From Podarcis filfolensis (lineage: Eukaryota): DNA of 64,000 nt. The position numbers and the translations under genes are program-made. Numbering within the stretch: position 1 is the stretch's first letter; the number at the start of each line of letters is the position of its first letter. The stretch is from the NCBI GenBank assembly GCA_964270895.1, contig OZ185435.1; one strand, written 5' to 3'. Below the pieces are notes generated by a model. That model had not been told where the DNA came from and did not search any database. It saw only the letters and a list, made by a program, of their open reading frames with translations. Positions 49,400 to 60,537 of the stretch are shown piece after piece.

Positions 49400-50250
49400 C
49401 GTCGCTATGTCCAACTTAGCACTTCAGAATCTCCAGGTCTCAAGCCATGGAACATATACCCGGCGCTAAGCACGAACAAAAGAGCTTCTGAGCAAGTGCA
49501 GAGTGCTTTCCCGCAAACGGGATCACAGGGGGCAGGACTTCCAGGCCAGCGTTCCTGGGAGTGACCTCCCTGATCCCTCCGCGCCTCGAGGCGGGCGGAG
49601 GCGAAGGTGGGGCAACAGGCCGGCGCTGGCGCGAAGCAGGCGCCACCCAAGGCGCTCTGGGGCTCCAATCAGGCGTCGGGGCGGAGCCGAGGCTGGAGCC
49701 GGCCACTGGGCTCGCTCTGCCTGCGGGATGCTCGTGCTGCGGCTCTTGCTACCGAGCGCGCCGGGGAGGCGCTGAAGATTTGGAGCGAGGGCGCCGCCGC
49801 CGCCTCACCAGGCCAGGTGAACGCCTATGAGGGAGAAGCGCCACCGTCCCTGGAATCGGCGTTGCCTTCGGAGCAGATGGACCCCCAGCTGCAGGAGGTG
49901 AGAGCGCGGCGAGGACGAGCCCGAGGGCACAGTCCCGCCCCCTCCAAGCTGCTAGTCCCTCTACACTAGGTCTCTTCTTCTTCCCTTGCCTTTGCTCCCC
50001 TCGCCTTCATTCAAGCGCGGCGGCGGGCGCACGGAATCCCTTTCCACCCGGCCAGCAGCTGGCCGGCCAAAGAGGAGGGGTCGCCCCGGTCCCCAGGCGC
50101 CCCTGCTAGGCTCGGCTGGGCTGCCGTCAAACGGCTGAGCGAGACTGCCCGGGCGGGGGGGTGGGTGTGTCGGGTCTCGTTTTGATCCAAGGGTCTCTGG
50201 CGGAGGGTCGAGGCTGAGACCAAGGGCTTCTCCCCCTTTAGATCCAAGGA
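49400..50250. promoter_or_regulatory. CpG island, probable bidirectional promoter
   Basis: Dense CpG against a CpG-depleted background; GC boxes (~49594, GGGGCGGAG 49678-49686), CCAAT 49665-49669, E2F-like TTTCCCGC 49507-49514; splice donors pointing outward on both strands (49391 on -, 49897 on +). Confidence 0.85.
49877..49897 (+). CDS. Candidate first coding segment (MDPQLQE) of an unidentified plus-strand gene
   Basis: cagATGg in the CpG island, ending at a GAG|GTGAGA donor in phase 0. Confidence 0.45.
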
Positions 50251-52437
50251 GCAGAGGGGGGCTTCTCTGTCCATGAAAGGTGAAGAAGGGGCACCGTCCT
50301 CACACTTAACCCTGGCATTGGGAAGAAGAGGGAGGGGGAAAGCTGCAGGGTCTCCAGCGGAAAACAGAACCGGGTCCGGTGGGGACCTTTTGGGAGCAAG
50401 GGGTGATGATCCGTTTGCTAGACCGGGGCTATGCTTGTCAAGCTTCGCTGGAGCAGGAGTTTCCTTCTGGGAGGGGAAGGCGGGCGTGAGACAGTCTGGT
50501 TGCTGTGGGTGACCCTTAAAACTGGCCCCGAGAATCTCCCACCCTTCAGCCGGTCTGTACAGTCTGTTGGTGTCCAAGCCTCTCTCCAGTGATGACAAGG
50601 GAGGCTTTGAACCTTGACTTGTTGGGATGCAGGGGGCAGATTTGGCACATCTGATTTCCTCCTTTGCTTCTGCGAGGATGGGTGCATCCTCCTGTGTGAA
50701 TGAGTAATATACCCCAACAGACGCGTTAAACCCAGAACTCGTTCTGAAATGGATGAGCCATTTGGGGATTTTATGTCTGTCTGTGTTACTAATTCACACG
50801 CTGGATTTTTGCTACGCTCATGTAGCATCTACTCCTCTGTTTCTCTGGGGAGAGGAGATGACAGGGTGTTCCCTTGATTGAAAGTGGCACTCAGCTGCTG
50901 CTGTGTCTGGTTTTTTGTTTTTTTTAAAGTGAAAACAGTCACCTTACCCTCCTCCAAATGAGCAAATTCGGGCTCTGTGCCCAAGGAATTCCCGTCAATA
51001 CAGTTGAAGAGGGCTGGTGTGTGTGCGCATGCGCATGTGCACATGCATATTTCCACATATCCTTATTCAGGATGCTGGACACAGGCAGCAGAAGAAAAAA
51101 ATACTGGGGAGATGAGGGGGAAAGGGAGGGCAAAGTGGGGGGGGGGAATTAGTCACGAATAGTCTTGCCTGTTGATTCCTGAAAGAGAAATAACTGTACA
51201 TTTCACATTAACTGTCTCCAATATTTCCTCCGAAGTCAGTCTTGTTGACTTTGATGGAGTAAACTTTCAAGTTGTAGGAATCCATACTTATTTCATGTGC
51301 CAGTTTGTTATTCAATTATAATTTATACAGTACTGTATGTGAAAGGACCTTTTCTTTAAGTAACCACCAGGGGTCCAGCAACAGTGTGATAGATGAGGGG
51401 GGTGAAGCAATTTGCCTGGAAAACACTTGCTGCCTCACTTGGCCTCTACTATTGCCTATGTGTGTTTGGGCTTGGTCTTTGTAACCCAGAACACTTACTC
51501 CAAGCGCCATAGGTGGCTGCTGCTAAGTCCCCTTCATACCAGGGGCAACTTGGCCTGTTGCAGCCTGCCTTCAGGAGATGGAGCCCAAAGCCCTAGTTTC
51601 CCCCTGACCATTGTAACCTGTATACCCCTCTCTCCCCAATAGCTACAGCTGTACAGACATCTGGCAGGTGTCTTATTAATGCAGCAATGGGCTACTGCTG
51701 TGCAAGCAAGAGTGCCTTCTTACTCTGGCCTAGAAGTGCTGAAGAAAACTAAGGGCTGACAGTGGCCTTGATGTGAGCAGTGATGCAGCGTGGTGCACGG
51801 TCTGCTTGTCGCTGCCCTTTTCTGAAGCAGCACCAGATGACTGAGCAGTAAATGGCTAGCCATGGCAGTCCTAATTCTGTTTTCCGGGACCATAGTGCGG
51901 AAGAGTTGTGTGGGAGCACAGCTAAGCTGTGGCTTGGACTGGGGGGTTGATGGTCTTTGGGCCACTTTGGCTTTCCCCTTGACTGATGCTTGAGGTTTTC
52001 CCACCCTCTGTTAGTTTCTGGGCCATTAAGCTCAGTGTCTGAGCTGTCCAGGCACTAAGGGAGCAGGAGCAGATAATGGGTTTAAGGGGCTCCATCTTGC
52101 CCCCACCCTCTCTTTGTGTTCTTTATCTGAACAGATGTTTTTATGGATTCCACCCTCCTCTCCCCTCTTCACACAGCAGGCCGTGTCTGCTGTTCCCTCC
52201 CCCAATTCTCCTTGCACAGAATGTGGCCAGGAGCTGCTGTTGCACCCTTTAACTGATTAACCTAATGCTGCGCAGAGCGTCTGGTGCCTGGCTGTAATTG
52301 TAGGGAGCCCCATTAGCTCGCAAAGGAGCATCTTGCCCCTCAACCCTCTGTGCCCCAGCCAGTATGGAAAGGACTTGAAATGCAGGCAGAACAAAGTATC
52401 AGCCCTCCTTTTACATCCATGACAGTTCTTTGCAGCC

Positions 52438-52439
<2 letters not shown>

Positions 52440-52486
<47 letters not shown>
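52440..52486. repeat. (AC)n microsatellite
   Basis: Direct reading. Confidence 0.98.
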
Positions 52487-52490
<4 letters not shown>

Positions 52491-53017
52491 TCAGTAGAAT
52501 CATGGCTCTAAAGGGCAGACACTGCAGGGACCAGGGCTTTTCTCAGTAGTCTTCAAGCATAGTTGCAGGTACCTCCAGTGGGTAGTCAAGTAGCCAAAAA
52601 GGATCTGCACAGGAAGATAGAAATCTGTCTTATTCTGAGTCAGGCCATTGGTCCATCTGGCTCAACAATGTCTCCAATGACTAGCAATGGGTGTCCAGGA
52701 TTTCAGATGGGAGGACATTGCCAGTCCTCCCTGGTGAACTGGGATCTTCTATATGCAAAGCAGCATGTAGCTGCCCTTGGCTGGAATGCCTAAGTTTGTG
52801 ATTCTTTTTTAAAAAAAAATTACTGAAGGGCACTCTAGACCTGGTTAGAGGCACTTTCCATATTATTTATTTATGCATCTATTTTTACATTATCCAAGAG
52901 CTACGCTTGTTACTGGAACAGATTCTGGCAGCCCAGCACAAATGCAAGACACTACAACCATCAGGCTAGGTTTGCTCCTTTGCTTTTAAATTATATCCTA
53001 CTTTTCTGTTGAACAAC

Positions 53018-54512
53018 TTTCCCTGCATGTCTGTGGGCAGGAAGTGGGTGACACAGAGGATGTGATTCTCTGTCTTGTCTGCCTTTGGGGACTGTGGCTC
53101 TTTGGGATGAGCAGGGAGGTCTGGGTCAAGCTCTGAGAAGCTGCTTCTCTTTCGACATCCATTTCTGGTTTGAGCGGCTCATCTAAAGCTGTGAGTAAAA
53201 TCAAACCTAAATACAGCCATCTGCAATTTTTAAAATATAACTAAACAGAAGGGGGGGGAGAAGAGCAGAAACAGAAATGAGGCATAGCAGACTAAACAAC
53301 AACAACCCTCTTCTGAAGTCTTCTAAAACATAAGTTTTCTCCTCCCACAGTGATGGAAGGTCAGGAAGGAGGTGGGCATCTCCCCCTGCCCCCCTCCACT
53401 GGGGAAGAGGGCTCCCAAGGCCTGTTGGGTGTGCAGTGGCTGAAAAGGTGTCATGTTATCTCCCTAACCTTCAAAGATGCCCCTCAGCAGTGAGAGCAGA
53501 TAGTCTTATATGGAGGAAGATTAGAGAGGCATACAAATCCCAAAGCAAATGCTTTATTTGGTGGGGGGAGTGGGAGGAGGAGAGCATGTACAAAGTCAAG
53601 ACTGAGAAAAGCATATGGGTGGATGGATGGAGGCTGAGATGAGGAAGCCGACTGTGGCAGGAGGGACAGAGTGTGGACTGAGGGGGATGTGTGGGCACGG
53701 GACTGCTCATATTTGCTTGCCCTCTTGCCCAGCTGGCTGCCACTTCTGTGCTTGGCATGATTTGCTGGCTGGATGACTTGGCTTCAAGCAGTAGCTCCGT
53801 GCTGTGTCTTGAGTATATGAAGCAAAACCAAACCACACAGCAACACTCAGAATGGGCTCAATGGCTTGAAGGGCATCCCCTGTGGTGTTGTGGAAGTCCT
53901 GGGTGGCACAGAGCCCATTGTGCCTTTTAGTGCCTCTGCATGTGCGGTGGGCAGGCTGCCCTGCTCTCTGGGGAAGCCTGCCAGCAGGCGCGGGCACTTC
54001 CCTTTGCAGGCTGAAAACCAGAGCAAACGGTTGAATGGTTGCCTTGCTGTCCCTTCCCCCTCCGATCTCAGAGAAGCCAAATCTTCCACAGTGGCCTAGT
54101 CACCCTGGCCTGCTTCTTCCCTGGACATATAACCAGAAGCAGCTCAGCAAGGGAGAGGGAGAGGTGGAATGGGGGGAGGAAGATGACTGCAGCTCTGTGC
54201 CTGGAGGGAAGTGGCTTGCAATCACAGTGAAAACTCCTGCACAGCTGGATGTGTGTGTGAGAGAGAACCGGGTGGTCGGGGAGAGAAAATGGTGGCAAGG
54301 GGTGTCCAAAGGGAGTTGTGACTATGACAGTGTTTTCCCTGTATATCTGTGGGCAGGAAGTGGACGACCACAGAGGATGTGGTCCTTGTGTTTGTCTGCC
54401 TCTTGCTCTCTGCCTTTTTTGTGCCAGGGCTTTTTTGGGATGAATGGCGGGGAGGCCTGGGTCAAGCTCTGAGAAGTTGCTCCTCTGTTCTCGTCATCCA
54501 TTTCTGGTCTAG
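53018..54512. repeat. Diverged local direct duplication: 53018-53173 and 54334-54512
   Basis: Shared blocks ctgtgggcaggaagtgg...cacagaggatgtg, ctgggtcaagctctgagaag and catccatttctggt. Confidence 0.8.
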
Positions 54513-56879
54513 ATGGTTTGTCTGCATGTTCCAAAACTTTGTGCCTCGCTTAGCTCTCTGACGAGTTAGGTGGCTGCGTTTTTCCTTACGCCATCATCTT
54601 CCCAAGTGACTTTTCTTTGGTTGAGAAGATGGTGGAGCCACAGAGCAGGGAACAACCTGTGTCTAAAACCCCTTTGTTGACTCTTTTGGCTCCCAAACAA
54701 GTAGCTTGTCACCATAGAAGGCAATAAAGCATGTTCAGCATAAGTGAAGGTTGGATTATTGTACATGGGGCATGTTTGGCCAGGGAGATGGTTGCCTCAC
54801 TGCTCTCTTCCTGAGAGACGGGGTAATTGATTGTGTGTGTGTTAGCGGTAGGAGATGTAGTGCCCTCCAGATATTTTGGTCTATGACTCTCATCAGCCTC
54901 AGCCAGCATGGTCAAGGATGATGGGAGTTGTAGTCTAGCAACATTTTGAGGGCACCACACAACCCCGCTGAAATCAGGAGGCGAGTGTGGCACTGACCGT
55001 CGTTATCTGACTGCCCATTTTTTGATGTAAGAGTTCTGAACCAGATGTTGGTTTGATCTCACAAGACTAATTATTATTTGTTCGCTTATTACAACCCAGT
55101 CCTTTCCTCCAGAGAGTATAGGGTTTTCCATTTTATACTAAAAACAACCCTGGAAGGTGAACTAGACTAAAAGAGAGAGAGAGAAATAGGTCCAAGGTCA
55201 CCCAGTGCAATTCATGGCTGAGAACCTCCTTGGTCTTAGCCAGGACTAACCAGTATATCTCACTAGAATTGAATTGTTATGTTCAGACACACACCTTTTT
55301 GGATATATGGCAGGGAAGATAACATGGGCCAGAAACAAAAGCCTCAGGAGTAGTGATCAAAGAGGTTCCTTATGGGCACTTGAAGGATATTAAATGTGAT
55401 ATGGAGGCATACAGTGTGATTGGCTGAGCAATTGCACTTGCATTCAGAAGTTGGTGTACAAACTAAGGGACAATCTAAGGCTGAGTGCTATTGCGCTCAG
55501 GTCCTGCTTTCAGGCTTCCCATGGGCATCTAGCTGGCCGCTGTATATGCAGGATATATGGAGTACATAGGCCAGATATATGGAGTAGATAGGCCAGAAGA
55601 TCCTGCAAGGATCTTCTTATGTTCTTATTTCACATGTGTGTGTTTTTCACTTGTGTGCAACATCAATATTTTCCTGTGTAAAATGCCCATTGTGGTTCAT
55701 ATTGCCAGACACCAGCTCAATACACAAATTTGGTGGCAAGTTAATGAGTGTTGAGTATTTGGCTGGGGAGAAGACAGAGAAGTGAATCAACTCCTAAGAA
55801 TTTCTAACTCCTTCCCCACCCCCTTTTAAAGATACCAATGTGTCATTCATTGTAAGGCTACTTAACCACTCTGAAAAATTAAGTTTCCAATTATATAAGA
55901 AATATCACTTCAAGAACACAGGGTAGGTGTTTGGGAATGCTTTATTATTATTATTAAAGTAAGGTGTTGTTGTATTGCATTGCTTTCTGTGCCACCTCTG
56001 TCTATTAGCACTCGGGTTAATTGCAACGTGAGGTAGTACGGTTAGTTATTACACTGTGAATCCAACAGCGTCACATTAGCAATAAACAATTAGCAAATAT
56101 AGTGGACCACAGTTTTTGTTAGGAAGAAACAACTGGCAGCCCAGCAGCTCAGGCTGGCCTCCATAGCATCCCCCATGGCCTCCGATCCCTGGGATGTGCT
56201 CCCATTATTATGCACCTTATGAGCCCCTCTTTCTGAGGCAAACCAACTGGAGTCTTGTCCAAAACTTGCATCTTCTCACCTTCAGAGGCTCTTCCAGAGT
56301 TCGTGCAAACACAACTGAGATGATGAGTTGCATAAGGGAGAGAATTTTAACAGAGTTTCTGTGGCTGTTCATGACAAAGAGGGATATAAATAATGAGCCC
56401 TTTGCTAGTGACTTGGACCAAGATGCTAACGTTCATCAGGAGGAGACACAATAAGATCATAAGTAGAGCTTGCTTGCTGGATCAGGCCAATGGCCCATCT
56501 CACAGTGGCTAACCAGGCTGCCTGAGAGCTTTACCAGAGCCTGCTCACCCTGGCAAGGAGAGGGTTAATAAACCTTTGTCTGTGTTTTGACATGTAAGTG
56601 GACCCCTATTTAAAAAAGCAATAGCTGATCATGAATCTAGGTTCCTTGGTTTGTTCCTTTCCCCTACCTAATCACCCACACACCGATGTACATCTGGATT
56701 TTTTAAAACCTTGGAGGCTGGGATGGGTAGGTTTGTGTCCAACATCTACTGCTTTCATTTCCTTTGGATTTCTCTTTCCCCATTGTAGAGAGCTCCAGTG
56801 CTTGAATTTTGCCAAGGTCATTCTTGAATTTCATTTGTGTCCTCTTCCAGCGTTTGCGATTCCCTGGGGGACAAGAGGG

Positions 56880-57225
56880 GGAATGAACCTTGCATCTATT
56901 CTTAGGCAAGGGAGAAAGGAGGATCCAACAAATCATGAACCTGTTAGCTTGACTTTGGTCCCAGCCTTTTTGCTAGAACGAATCGTAAAACCATCCGTCT
57001 TGAGGACGGAGCTGATGTCACCCTGGAGGGGTAGCGTTGTGGTGTTTAAAACAACAGCAGCCAGCACAGCTCTGACGAGGATGCTTCGTGCCAACCGGCC
57101 AACGGGCGTGCGCTCCCTCATCTTTTGAAAATGTGACTGGCCTGATCTATGCGAGGAGATGGGGGAGGGATGCAGTTTGCAAATGCACCTTGTCTTTCAG
57201 TAAAGCACTTTGGCACAGCTCCATA
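56880..57225 (+). mobile_element. Ancient CR1 reverse transcriptase fragment
   Basis: KGRKEDPTNHEPVSLTLVP resembles KGKKEDPGNYRPVSLTSVP; FENVTGLI and LSFSKA resemble FDKVTGLV and LDFSKA; frameshifted. Confidence 0.75.
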
Positions 57226-59054
57226 CAATGTGCTCATGCAGAAGCTCAGAAATGTGTGGCTGCCTCGCAGCAGCTCCACCAAGCCCACGTTTACCTATAA
57301 ACGAGCTCCCTGCTAATGCTTATCATTCTAATAGCTTCCTATGAAAATAACAGCTGGAACATTCACCCAGATCTTATTTTGTTGTGCCCAGAGCATCCAA
57401 GCTTGTGATGCTGCTCAGCTCAGATGCTGAATGCAGATGTGTCTCTGCTCAGATCTTCCTAGTATGGCACAAGAGAGAGAAAGAGAGAGGACTCTTGGAA
57501 TGATGAACGTCCCATAAGATCAAAGTCAAAATGCTACTCTTTGATTGTAACAGAAATGGAGGAGAGTGTGTAGTGCATGACTGGTTCATAGTCACAAAGA
57601 AAGAGAGTGGAACAGAGCCCTCGCCATTTTTAACCAGACATGTGGATTCATCGAAAGCTCCTTTGACATGCCAGTGCTGTAAAGTAAAGTAGGTGTTCAG
57701 CCTCTTCATCAGAAGGCGAAGGCTCCAGAAACACAAACAATATAACATTAAATAATAAAAGTCCAGAGAGCTGTGTTTTGAGAATTTGATAGTTTTCCAT
57801 AGAAACGCATGTCATTTTTGGATCCAGATATCTGGTTGCACTTCAACCAGTGCAATGCCAGTGACACACACTGTTCTGCTTTTTCTTATTTTGCCCCACT
57901 CTTCCATTCTACTAGCTGTTTGTATGGCTGAGAAAGGTTCAGATACAATTCTTTTTGGCAAGCGTGGAAAAAAGAAGCAGCAGCAGCTTAAGCTGAACGA
58001 AATTGGAATAAAAGACCTATAAGTCTGAAGTGGACAAAAATAATTCTGTCACATCTGCAGTGGGATCTGAGTATGACCCAAATCTGAGAAACATTCATTT
58101 AAAAAAAGGGGGAAAGGAGGGGGGGCACTGAACAGACTATTGATTAAACTGCTGGCCTTCTTTCACTTGTGTGTTAACAAAGGAAATCAGTAGTGAATAG
58201 ATGTTTTAAGAAATATAAAGCTAGGAAGCCATGTAGTTCTAATACTCTATTGGCTTTGAAGCAAAAAAGCAGCTGTTAAACATTTCCGGCGTTTAGAATT
58301 TTTTAATTTATTTTAACCCTCATCCTTCAGACATGGCCAGGTGAGCTGGTTAGTGCAAAACTCTGATATTGGTGATGTGTTCAGTGGATTGCCCAAAGAC
58401 ATGAATGCACCTGCCACAGATTAGCAGATGCAGCAGCCTGCCCCAACTCAGGCAATGCCTTATGGTGACTTGCTATGCACAGTTCTAGGAAAAGGCTGTG
58501 GCAGATGGCGCCATTGACTCCAGCACCAACCCTGTCGGGTAGCCTGGAAGCAACAGAGTGTCGCGTCCTATTTCTTTCTCTGTTGGCCACCACCCACATA
58601 TGCACCATTTATTTTATTTTATTTATTACATGTATATACCACCTTTATCTTCCAAGGAGCTGAAGGTGGTGTACATGGTTCTCCTCCTCCCCCATTTCAC
58701 CCTCGCAACAACCCTGTGAGGGGGGTTAGGCTAAGAGATGGTGACTGGCCCAAGGTCACCCAATAAGCTTCATGGCTGAGTGGGGATTCAAACTCTGGAC
58801 CCCGGTGAGTTCTGACTGACAGACGACTTTGTCCAGCCAACAGGAGGAGTGGGGGACAGCCAGGAAAATGGCCATGGGTCTAGAGGATGAAGCAAGCAAG
58901 GTGGCTACAGGAGGGCTGTCAAGGTGTTAGACATAACCTTTCCTCTGAGTGCCTGTTGGGGAGTTGGTGGGAGTGACCTGAACCTTTCCACCCGGACCAA
59001 AGGGAGGATGCTGGGCAGTATGCCTTTGCCTTCATCCTGGATTGTCTCTTCCAG

Positions 59055-59146
59055 GTGATGTTCTATGAACAGGACATCCATCAAATATCCAGTTTCAGAC
59101 GACTCCCTATATTGAATGACATTTCTGCAAGAGCTTTCAGGATGAG
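59055..59146 (+). CDS. Candidate exon (VMFYEQDIHQISSFRRLPILNDISARAFRM) of the plus-strand gene
   Basis: tgtctcttccag| acceptor; only frame 0 is open; AG|GTGTAT donor in phase 2. Confidence 0.45.
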
Positions 59147-60046
59147 GTGTATGAACAAAATGGAAGGAGTTTGGGTCACAAAATACAAATTTAACGGGTG
59201 TCTATATAATGACCCAAGTTCACACATGCATGCCATTCTAGTCACTTGATTATTTAATGCTTGTAGTACTGTTCATTTGACCAGCCTGTGAAGTTTGAGT
59301 TTGTGTGTTAGGGCATTTGTAACTGCAAACCCCTCCCATTCAGTTGGTTGCATGACTACATTATTTGTACACATGTAGGGTTTATGTGCATGATGAGGGA
59401 TCCCATAAAAAAGCAACCAATCAAATGCATTCAGGTGAGGGAGGGATTCCCCCCCACATCCTATTCTCTCTCCCCATTCTCCCCAATTTATTCTATCCTG
59501 ATTGGTCATGTGGATAGTCCTATTGGTTTAAACTGGTTTGTGCTTCAAGTGGTATATACATTCTGCCTGTACTATTTGATGCCTGTAACAACTTATTCAT
59601 GCATGCAGGCCACCAGCTGATGTAGAGCTAACCACACAACGAACATTCATGTGTCAACTATCCTTAAAACAGACATGGTTCTATATTGACACAGCTCAGT
59701 ATCCAAAGGCACCATCAACAGTTGGGAGAGCGTCTGATGGGCCAGGAGAGAGCTGTCATTTGTGTCTATGTAGATGGAAGCAAATATCTGTACATTCTCC
59801 TCATTTTCAGTGATGGAACAACTGCTTGGTATAGCTCAGTATAGGAATTAGAATAAATTATACATATTAGAATTCTACCAAAGGGCCTCTGAAAGTAGCA
59901 TCAAGCACCAGGCGTCTTAATACCATGCTGCTGAGTAGTCTCCACTGTCATGGTCATCAAGGAAGTCTGGATCGTGGAAGGAATTTTAACCTGCTTTACC
60001 AGACCTTTGAGTACAGTACAATAAGCTGAATTCTCACCTCTTCTAG

Positions 60047-60160
60047 ATTGTGGAGAGGTAATGTGGAAGAAAAGTTCAGGGGGAGTCATCAGTGTGGAGA
60101 CAAGAGCTCCTTTCCAAACAGACTACCTCTTGCAATCCACTCATCAGAATTTGTGCGTAT
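60047..60160 (+). CDS. Candidate exon (LWRGNVEEKFRG...SSEFV) of the plus-strand gene
   Basis: ttctcacctcttctag| acceptor with phase-2 frame open; donor at 60157 or 60161. Confidence 0.4.
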
Positions 60161-60425
60161 GTAAGAAGATGGCAATGGTTTTACTTTGATTTTTTTGATG
60201 CTGACCCCATGCGACATGCTGTCGCTGTAGATAACAGTGAGGAGTGCATTTGCACGTTAATTGCCATGAGGTGACTGAATAGATGTTGCTCTGTGTTTTC
60301 TTTTTTTGAGAGAGAGAGCGCAAAGCAATTGCAGAGTTTGTGTGGAAGCAGAGTGGAATTGAATGTCAAAGGGAACCCTGAATGCCCACTCTTCAGCAAA
60401 AAACTCCCCAGTTTCTTTGCTCCAG

Positions 60426-60537
60426 CAAACCGTGTTGCCTTGATGGACATGCAGTGTTGCTCAGCAAGGTGCAAACACTTGGTGGATCTGGGCAGAAGGG
60501 TGACACAGGAGCTCACCCGCAGCGCTTTAAGATCCCA
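60426..60537 (+). CDS. Candidate exon of the plus-strand gene (frame ambiguous)
   Basis: tttctttgctccag| acceptor, CCA|GTAAGG donor; two frames open. Confidence 0.35.

Noticed and set aside
50011-50598. 195-aa minus ORF and overlapping ORFs in the CpG island
   Set aside because: Pro/Ala/Gly-rich stop-poor frames are expected in GC-rich DNA
56631-57300. 165-aa and 70-aa ORFs as a novel gene
   Set aside because: Explained by degenerate CR1 reverse transcriptase motifs
57520-57692. Cys-containing short ORF (DCNRNGGECV...TCQCCK) suggestive of a defensin or EGF motif
   Set aside because: No signal peptide, no convincing splice sites, and cysteine spacing does not fit a beta-defensin
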